Assembly (NCBI GenBank): GCA_902788175.1
Contig: CADAJF010000007.1
Coordinates: forward strand, 34,775-98,774
Source: an uncultured Bacteroidia bacterium
Lineage (GTDB): Bacteria; Bacteroidota; Bacteroidia; Bacteroidales; UBA932
Length of the DNA stretch: 64,000 bases
Direction: 5' to 3'
The notes under the pieces are model-generated. The model was given only the letters and a program-made list of their open reading frames with translations. It made no database searches and had not been told where the DNA came from. Of this stretch, positions 57,879 to 64,000 are shown piece by piece (positions within the stretch are counted from its first letter, which is position 1; the number at the start of each line of letters is the position of its first letter). The position numbers and the translations under genes were made by a program.

Positions 57879-58985
57879 TTAGCGGATTACCAGGCGGTGG
57901 ATGCGGCGGGGGACGGAGACGAGAATCTCATAGGGGATGGTGCCCAGGAGATTGGCGAGTTCCGTGACGGTAGGGTCTTCCCCGAAAATGGTGACGGTGT
58001 CTCCGGCGGCGCAGGGAATGCCGGTCACGTCCAGCATGCACATGTCCATACAGATATTGCCGATAGTAGGCGCCCGGTGCCCGTTCACGCAGAAGGAGGC
58101 GCGGCCGCGGCCAAGGTGCCGGTCTATGCCGTCCGCATACCCCACAGGAATAGTGGCGATGACAGTGCCTTCCCTGGCCTGCCCCCATCGGCCGTAGCCG
58201 ATGGTTTCATCGGGGCCCAAGGTCTTTACCTGCAGCACCTTACACTTCAGGGAAGCCACCGGGGAAAGTTCCTTCCCGGGCAGGGCGCTGATTCCGTAGA
58301 TGCCAATGCCCAGGCGCACCATGTCAAACTGGAACTGGGGGAAGCGCTCGATGCCTGCAGAATTGAGGATATGGCGCATGGGCATATAGCCGATACCATC
58401 CGCGATATAGTTCACATTGTCCCGGAAAAGGTGGATCTGCTCCAGCGTAAAGGCATCTTGCTCAGGGTCTTCCGCTACGCAAAGGTGGGAGAAAACAGCC
58501 TTGACCTTCACCTCCGGGGTAACCTTGAGGTATTCCACCAATTCCGGCAATTCCTCCGTGACAAAGCCCAGCCGATGCATGCCGGTGTCCAGCTTGATAT
58601 GGACGGGATAGTCCGTGAGGCCTTTTTCCCGCAGGACTTCCACCAGTTTCTGGAGGGAATAGAGGCTGGGGATGGAGGGTTCCATGCGGGTTTGGACAAT
58701 TTCCGGGTAGAAGTCCGTTCCGGCGGTGAGCACCAGGATGGGGAGGGAAATACCGTTTTTACGCAGCTCCAGGCCTTCTACGGGGTATGCTACGGCCAGA
58801 TAGTCCGCCCCGGCGCGCTGCATCATGGAGGCAAACTCCACCGCTCCGTGGCCGTATGCGTTGGCCTTTACCAGGACCAGCAGTTTGGTCTTGGGGTCCA
58901 GCAGGGAGCGGAAGTAGCGGTAGTTCTCGGTGGCGCCTCTAAGGTCCAGTTCCAGCCGGGAAAAATCTTCTTGGAGTTCGCGCAT
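57879..58985 (-). CDS. alr: Alanine racemase
   Basis: VKANAYGHG, KLDTGMHRLG, GYADG and CMD motifs. Confidence 0.96.
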   Translation of the reverse strand: MRELQEDFSRLELDLRGATENYRYFRSLLDPKTKLLVLVKANAYGHGAVEFASMMQRAGADYLAVAYPVEGLELRKNGISLPILVLTAGTDFYPEIVQTRMEPSIPSLYSLQKLVEVLREKGLTDYPVHIKLDTGMHRLGFVTEELPELVEYLKVTPEVKVKAVFSHLCVAEDPEQDAFTLEQIHLFRDNVNYIADGIGYMPMRHILNSAGIERFPQFQFDMVRLGIGIYGISALPGKELSPVASLKCKVLQVKTLGPDETIGYGRWGQAREGTVIATIPVGYADGIDRHLGRGRASFCVNGHRAPTIGNICMDMCMLDVTGIPCAAGDTVTIFGEDPTVTELANLLGTIPYEILVSVPRRIHRLVIR

Positions 58986-59002
58986 GGGATGGCTTTATAC
59001 TG

Positions 59003-59051
59003 CAAAAATAACATTTCCCGCTGACTTTTTGCCATAAAAATTGTATTTTTG
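59003..59051. promoter_or_regulatory. Divergent -7 boxes for alr (-, 59003-59010) and the peptidase gene (+, 59044-59051)
   Basis: TATTTTTG on both strands. Confidence 0.65.
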
Positions 59052-59106
59052 CAGATAGGGCCCGTTTTTTGAGGCAGTTTTGGACCGGATAAAAACTTAT
59101 ATTGCC

Positions 59107-59784
59107 ATGTCTAATTCTCTTATCTGGATACTCATGATTGCGGTGATGGTGCTTAGCATGATCATCCAGTCCCTTCTGAAAAGCCGTTTTGCCAAGTACT
59201 CGGAGGTGCCTGTGGGCATCACCGGGGCAGAGGTTGCCAACCGCATGCTTCTCTCCCACGGTATCCGGGACGTAAAGATTGTCTCCATCCAGGGCAAGCT
59301 CACAGACCACTATGACCCCACCACCAAAACCGTGAACCTGAGTGAGGAAGTGTACTACGGCAAGTCCGTAGCCGCCGCTGCCGTGGCGGCGCACGAGTGC
59401 GGGCACGTGGTGCAGCATGCAACGGGCTATGCCTGGCTGCGCATGAGAAGCGCCATGGTTCCGGTGGTGTCGTTTGCCAGCAATATCGTCTCCTGGGTGC
59501 TGCTGGCGGGGGTGGTCCTGATCAATATCTTCCCGCAGCTTATCTGGATTGGAATCGGCCTGTTTGCCCTTTCCACCCTTTTCAGCTTCATCACCCTGCC
59601 CGTAGAAATCAATGCCAGCGCCCGGGCCGTGAAATGGCTGGAAGGCGCCGGCATCGTCGGTTATGAGACCCGTCCCATGGCGGTGGACGCCCTTCGCTGG
59701 GCGGCCTATACCTATGTGATAGGGGCTATCGGCTCGCTGGCCACGCTGCTCTATTACATTTCCATGGCCAACCGCCGCAGCTAA
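59107..59784 (+). CDS. Membrane zinc metallopeptidase (YugP / Zn_peptidase_2 family)
   Basis: LTDHYDP, AHECGH, LPVEINAS and AAYTYV motifs. Confidence 0.9.
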   Translation: MSNSLIWILMIAVMVLSMIIQSLLKSRFAKYSEVPVGITGAEVANRMLLSHGIRDVKIVSIQGKLTDHYDPTTKTVNLSEEVYYGKSVAAAAVAAHECGHVVQHATGYAWLRMRSAMVPVVSFASNIVSWVLLAGVVLINIFPQLIWIGIGLFALSTLFSFITLPVEINASARAVKWLEGAGIVGYETRPMAVDALRWAAYTYVIGAIGSLATLLYYISMANRRS

Positions 59785-60350
59785 AGCATCAGGCTTTTGC
59801 GCACATTTTCCGCGGCCTGGTCCCCCTTCAGATAACGGAGGATGGCCAGGCCGAAGTCTATGGCATAGCCGGCAGCCCGTCCGGTGATAAGCCTTCCGTC
59901 GGAGACCGTCCCTTCCGGCGTATAGATGGCTCCCTTGCCGATAAGCGCCTCCTGAAAGCCCTCGAAGCAGGTGAAACGCTTGCCTTCCAGGCCGGGCAGC
60001 TGGGATACCACCAGGCCGGGTGCGGCGCAGATGGCCGCCACGGCACCGCCGCGCTCCCAGTGATCCTGCAGGATTTCCATCAGTTCCGTATGACCCGCCA
60101 GATGCTGGCTGCCGGGCATGCCGCCCGGGAAAATCATCATGTCCATGGCGTCCGTATCAGGTTCCACCACTTCTACGTCTTCCCAGCAGGTATCGGCCAT
60201 CATATCCAGGCCGTGGGAACTTTGCACAATGTATTCGTCCGTGATGGAAACAGTAATGACCGGAACGCCTCCCCTTACCAGCACATCCCGCGTTGCCAGC
60301 GCTTCCATATCCTCGAAGCCCTGAGCCATAAAAATGTGTACGCCTTTCAT
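59781..60350 (-). CDS. DJ-1/PfpI (ThiJ/YajL-like) protein
   Basis: GFEDME, PGGMPG and AAICAAP motifs. Confidence 0.9.
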   Translation of the reverse strand: MKGVHIFMAQGFEDMEALATRDVLVRGGVPVITVSITDEYIVQSSHGLDMMADTCWEDVEVVEPDTDAMDMMIFPGGMPGSQHLAGHTELMEILQDHWERGGAVAAICAAPGLVVSQLPGLEGKRFTCFEGFQEALIGKGAIYTPEGTVSDGRLITGRAAGYAIDFGLAILRYLKGDQAAENVRKSLML

Positions 60351-60377
60351 CTTGTTTTGCTATTCATGTGTATCATA

Positions 60378-60422
60378 CAAAGATAGACATTTTTGCCAAT
60401 TTGAAGAAATATACTATCTTTG
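60378..60422. promoter_or_regulatory. Divergent -7 boxes for the DJ-1 gene (-, 60378-60385) and tRNA-Gln (+, 60415-60422)
   Basis: TATCTTTG on both strands. Confidence 0.65.
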
Positions 60423-60433
60423 CAGCCTGGAAT

Positions 60434-60507
60434 TGAACTGTGGTGTAATGGTAGCACTAGGGATTTTGGTTCCCTCAGTCAGCGTTCGAATCGCTGCAGT
60501 TCAACCA
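60434..60507 (+). tRNA. tRNA-Gln(TTG), CCA encoded
   Basis: TGAACTG/CAGTTCA acceptor stem, GTGTAATGGTAGCAC D-arm, AGGGA-TT-TTG-GT-TCCCT, CAGCG-TTCGAAT-CGCTG. Confidence 0.96.
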
Positions 60508-60576
60508 CCTGACACACAGTATGTTACAGAAATCAATCGTTGCAAATTGCAACGATTGATTTTTATAATCGCCTCA
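60502..60576 (-). repeat. 75-bp palindrome-containing element, copy B
   Basis: Perfect 16-bp-arm palindrome at 60530-60562; inverted homolog of 57791-57865. Confidence 0.9.
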
Positions 60577-60601
60577 GGAACAGGCGTTTGCGTATCAGGC
60601 C

Positions 60602-60629
60602 GAGATAGCCGGTCGGAGCCGGCGATGAC
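60602..60629. repeat. REP-like short hairpin
   Basis: GAGATA-GCCGGT-cgga-GCCGGC-GATGAC. Confidence 0.45.
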
Positions 60630-60636
60630 GCAAGGG

Positions 60637-60873
60637 TCAGAAGAGGGTGGGATGGTTTTCTTCCAGGGCGGAGAGGACTTTGGACATGATGGCCTCGCGG
60701 AAGAGGGCGCTGCGGGACTGCACGCCAAAACGGGAACAGTACTCGTCAATGGCGGCCATTTCGCTGTCGTTGAAAAGCAGTACGTGCCTGTTGTGCCTCA
60801 GGAGCATCTCCCGTTGCTTCTGAAGGTAGGCCGGATCTACGCCGGCTATTTTTTTCTTACGAGCCATCATCAA
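60637..60873 (-). CDS. Small protein, ribbon-helix-helix-like
   Basis: Predicted strand-helix-helix (VLLFN / EMAAIDEYC / RSALFREAI); overlaps the upstream stop. Confidence 0.6.
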   Translation of the reverse strand: MMMARKKKIAGVDPAYLQKQREMLLRHNRHVLLFNDSEMAAIDEYCSRFGVQSRSALFREAIMSKVLSALEENHPTLF

Positions 60874-62324
60874 AGCTTTACATAGCGCCTCCGGACCACT
60901 CCGCTGCGGTCCAGTTCCACCACCATGGGAAGGCCGGAAAGGTCAAAGCTGTCCAGCAGCTGCGCCCCCTCTTCCGGGCAATCCGTCATGAGGGCGTCCA
61001 TGTCCACCAGCAGCACGCGGGCACGCCGATTCCCGGAAACCACCCGCTCCACCGCCTGGAGAGTTTCCTCGCAGGAAGAGCAGCCCCCCGTATGGAACAC
61101 CAGGTAGCCGGGCTCCCCTTTCAAATCCCGCAGGGAAAACACCCCGCTGCGGCTGCCTCTGGCAAAAAGGCAGGGGCGCCTGCGCAAAGTCCCGTGCAGG
61201 CGGATATCCGGCACCAGGGAACCTACCGGCGTACGGGAAGAAAGCTCTGAAAGCATCTCTCCCAGCGACACCACCTGGGCCTTGTCCTCCGGAGAGGACC
61301 ATACCTCAGGAAGTCCCGTGATATAGCGCTCCACAAAAGTTGGAGCGGCATCCCGGTAAACCTCCTCCTTGCGGGAAGACAAGAAGTAGAGAAAATCTCC
61401 CGCCACCTGCTTGAAAGCTTCCACATCCCCTTCCCCGCGGGTGCGGGCGGCCAGATAGTCCGCCACCTCCAGTACATCCGATACCTTGAGCGTATCCGCG
61501 TAATCGGCGAAAAGCTGCCCGTAGCGCTGCATCACGGCGGGCTCCCCATAGACAGGACTCCCGGCCCGGAGTTCCTTCTCCAGCAGCAGGCGCAGCGCCG
61601 GAGTATCCAGGCCCCGGCCCACTATCTTGCCGGAAGGGGCCACCAGGAACATGCGCGGGGTTTGCAACACCCCGTACAGCCGCTGCCAGTCCGACTCTAT
61701 CTCCGGGTCCCACACATGCACCACGCCCGGGAAAGCGGCACGGTAGGCTTCCCATTCCTCTTCCCCCATCCCCACATAGATGGCAAAAACCTGCACAGGA
61801 TACTCCCCAGCCGCCACAAAAGCCTTGAGCCGGGCTGTCTCCACCTTGCAAGTTGCGCAGGAAGTATCGTAGAAATACAGCACTGAATAGCCCTCAGTGG
61901 CGGGCACCCGCACCGGCGCACCGGAAGGCGAAAAGAGCGAGAGCACCGGCGCCTCCAGGCCTATCAGCGAAGATTTGTTGAACTCCGTAAACAGCCGGGC
62001 ATTGAAATAGTCTGTCTCTGAGTGCATGGGGATTTCCCCGGAGAGGAACCACTTCTGCGCCACATGGACAGCCACTGCATCATCCCCCATGATCTTGGAC
62101 TGGAGGTAGTGGTCATAAATCTTTAGGGCCACATACTGCCGCACCAGGGAATCCTGGCTGGAGGAGATAAGGTAATCGCACTCTGCGGCTATCACGGAAG
62201 GCTTCTCCCCTGCCAGCGCTGCCAGGTACTCCTCCAGCCTGGCGCCCAGCTCCCCGTAGGGTTCCTGCGCCCGGACCGTCAAGGCAAAAACGGCCACAAG
62301 AAGGCATAAGAGCCACTTTCTCAT
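60870..62324 (-). CDS. Secreted protein with two thioredoxin-like domains
   Basis: Signal peptide; YFYDTSCATC and FHTGGCSSC CxxC motifs; QTP and GLP cis-Pro-like loops. Confidence 0.7.
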   Translation of the reverse strand: MRKWLLCLLVAVFALTVRAQEPYGELGARLEEYLAALAGEKPSVIAAECDYLISSSQDSLVRQYVALKIYDHYLQSKIMGDDAVAVHVAQKWFLSGEIPMHSETDYFNARLFTEFNKSSLIGLEAPVLSLFSPSGAPVRVPATEGYSVLYFYDTSCATCKVETARLKAFVAAGEYPVQVFAIYVGMGEEEWEAYRAAFPGVVHVWDPEIESDWQRLYGVLQTPRMFLVAPSGKIVGRGLDTPALRLLLEKELRAGSPVYGEPAVMQRYGQLFADYADTLKVSDVLEVADYLAARTRGEGDVEAFKQVAGDFLYFLSSRKEEVYRDAAPTFVERYITGLPEVWSSPEDKAQVVSLGEMLSELSSRTPVGSLVPDIRLHGTLRRRPCLFARGSRSGVFSLRDLKGEPGYLVFHTGGCSSCEETLQAVERVVSGNRRARVLLVDMDALMTDCPEEGAQLLDSFDLSGLPMVVELDRSGVVRRRYVKL

Positions 62325-62779
62325 AGGGTTACGCCCTCCGGAATGAAGGCGGAATAATCCCCGCCATGTCGCAGGATGTCCCGCACGGCGGAAGAGCTGA
62401 TGTGCGCAAATTCCTGCGCCGTGGGGATGATGATGGTCTCGATTTCCGGGGCCAGGCGGCGGTTGGCATCGGCGATGGAACGCTCTGTCTCGAAGTCTAT
62501 CATATTGCGCACGCCGCGGACAATGTGCCTCACCCCCAGCGAGCGGCAGGCCTCTATGGTGAGGCTGTCATAGGAGATGACGGACACGCCCGAAAGGCCC
62601 TGCGTAGCCTCCCGGATAATGGAAAGCTTCTTCTCCATGTCAAAAAAGCCCCGTTTGTCCTGGTTGATACCCACGGCCACCACTACCTCGTCGAACATGG
62701 TAAGGGCCCGCCGAAGGATATTCAGGTGACCGGCGGTGAAAGGATCGAAGGATCCGGGAAAAAGTGCTTTGGTTTTCAT
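62321..62779 (-). CDS. coaD: Pantetheine-phosphate adenylyltransferase
   Basis: FPGSFDPFTAGH, VRGVR and ISSSAVR motifs. Confidence 0.96.
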   Translation of the reverse strand: MKTKALFPGSFDPFTAGHLNILRRALTMFDEVVVAVGINQDKRGFFDMEKKLSIIREATQGLSGVSVISYDSLTIEACRSLGVRHIVRGVRNMIDFETERSIADANRRLAPEIETIIIPTAQEFAHISSSAVRDILRHGGDYSAFIPEGVTL

Positions 62780-63444
62780 ATTTGCCAGTTGATGGGGGTT
62801 TTGCCCTCCCTGAGGAGGATTTCATTGGCCCGGGAAAAGTGCCGACAGCCGAAAAAAGCACCGCCCGCCAGCGGCGAAGGATGGGCCGCCAGCAGCACAT
62901 GGTGCCTGGAAGTGTCTATGAGCGAGGCCTTTGCCTTCGCAAAATTGCCCCACAGAAGGAAAACAATCCCCTCACAGTGGGCCGATAAATAGCTGATTAC
63001 CGCGTCCGTGAAAGTTTCCCAGCCCATGCCGCGGTGTGAGGCGGCCCTTCCCGCCTCTACGGTGAGGATGCTGTTCAGGAGCAGCACCCCTTCCCGGGCC
63101 CAGGCCTCCAGGTTGGGACAGCCGCTCATGCGGATGCCCAGGTCCGTCTCCACCTCCTTGAAGATATTGCGCAGCGAGGGCGGCGTACGCACGCCCTCCG
63201 GCACGGAGAAGGACAAGCCCATGGCCTCTCCGGGATTGTGGTAAGGGTCCTGCCCCAGGATCACCACCTTCACGGCCTGCACAGGCGTGAGCTCGAAAGC
63301 GCGGAAGATGGCCCCGCCGGGCGGGTAAATCACCTTCCCCTCCGCCTTCTGCGCATGCAGAAAGCGCACCAGCTGCTCAAAGTACGGTTTCCCGAACTCC
63401 GCCGCCAGTGCGCTTTTCCATGAGGGTTCTATCCTTACGTCCAT
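62776..63444 (-). CDS. ung: Uracil-DNA glycosylase (family 1)
   Basis: GQDPYH, PPSL, GVLLLN and HPSPL motifs. Confidence 0.96.
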   Translation of the reverse strand: MDVRIEPSWKSALAAEFGKPYFEQLVRFLHAQKAEGKVIYPPGGAIFRAFELTPVQAVKVVILGQDPYHNPGEAMGLSFSVPEGVRTPPSLRNIFKEVETDLGIRMSGCPNLEAWAREGVLLLNSILTVEAGRAASHRGMGWETFTDAVISYLSAHCEGIVFLLWGNFAKAKASLIDTSRHHVLLAAHPSPLAGGAFFGCRHFSRANEILLREGKTPINWQI

Positions 63445-63496
63445 TGCTCTTCTTTTCCTCCCCGCAATTTAAGGTCTGAGGGGGCTCTGCCCCCTA

Positions 63497-64000
63497 TTAT
63501 CCCCCGCGGCCTCCGGCCGGCCGCCCTGCAGGGCGGCTATGTCTGTATTGAAAGATAAAGTCAATGACATCGGAGATATTTTTTACATAGACAAAGATAA
63601 GACCTTTTGTGTAAATTTCCTTGATATCCTCTACATCTTTTCGGTTTTCCTCGCACAAGAGGATGGTGTGCACCCCGGCGCGCTTGGCTGCCAGGATCTT
63701 CTCCTTGATGCCGCCAACCGGCAGTACACGGCCCCTCAGGGTCATTTCGCCGGTCATGGCCACCTGGCTGCGGGGTGCCACTCCCCGGAAAGCGCTGACC
63801 ATGGAGCTGACCATGGTAATGCCCGCCGAAGGCCCGTCCTTGGGCACGGCCCCTTCCGGCACGTGAAGGTGGATGTCCCGTTTCATGAACTCCTCTGCGC
63901 TGAGGCCTGTCAGCTGCGGATGGGCTTTGAGGTACTGCCAGGCTATCTGGGCGCTCTCCTTCATCACGTCGCCCAGGTTGCCGGTCATGGTCAGGTTGCC
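63497..64000 (-). CDS. lon: Lon protease (3' part, truncated by window edge)
   Basis: [25 protein letters not shown] and GGIKEK motifs. Confidence 0.96.
   Translation of the reverse strand, partial: GNLTMTGNLGDVMKESAQIAWQYLKAHPQLTGLSAEEFMKRDIHLHVPEGAVPKDGPSAGITMVSSMVSAFRGVAPRSQVAMTGEMTLRGRVLPVGGIKEKILAAKRAGVHTILLCEENRKDVEDIKEIYTKGLIFVYVKNISDVIDFIFQYRHSRPAGRPAGGRGG

Noticed and set aside
57879-58985. Stand-alone alr rather than a MurF-Alr fusion
   Set aside because: Stand-alone Alr is the common bacterial state and not notable by itself.
1-64000. Prophage, IS, integron, retron, toxin-antitoxin or defence system
   Set aside because: No integrase, transposase, reverse transcriptase, nuclease-effector or phage structural motifs recognised in any credible ORF.

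Overview
High-GC Bacteroidota (Bacteroidales-like) chromosomal window. The assignment rests on many TAnnTTTG (-7) promoter boxes, A-rich start regions without Shine-Dalgarno motifs, and Bacteroidales gene order. It is almost entirely core genome: the end of the dcw cluster (murD-ftsW-murG-murC-ftsQ-ftsA-ftsZ), gltX, pckA, nusB-yajC-ybbR-coaE-rimO, a nucleoside deaminase plus two tandem purine nucleoside phosphorylases, zapA-[6S-like RNA]-rny, tRNA-Ser(TGA), ileS-dksA-lspA, tsaB, greA, a deletion-broken alanine symporter, ribF, a five-gene glycogen cluster with a GT3-synthase/GT35-phosphorylase fusion, xseAB, nadE, der, prs, engB, tadA, alr, tRNA-Gln(TTG), coaD, ung and the 3' end of lon. I see no integrase, transposase, phage gene, cas gene or defence operon, and no clear-cut novel multi-gene system. 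The most unusual signals are small non-coding elements. (i) A 450-bp region downstream of tRNA-Ser holds an 18-bp duplication of the tRNA 3' end, a 138-bp element with terminal inverted repeats, and a 51-bp-period palindromic mini-array. (ii) A 75-bp element with a long palindrome occurs twice in inverted orientation, one copy abutting the tRNA-Gln CCA end. (iii) Small hairpin elements with a shared layout appear to have been absorbed into the coding sequences of tsaB and lon. Protein-level and regulatory points of note are an Asn/Asp-diverged PNP pair, a GIHH-type IleRS2, and a terminator-like hairpin in the greA leader. All product calls come from motif recognition by eye; no database searches were run.
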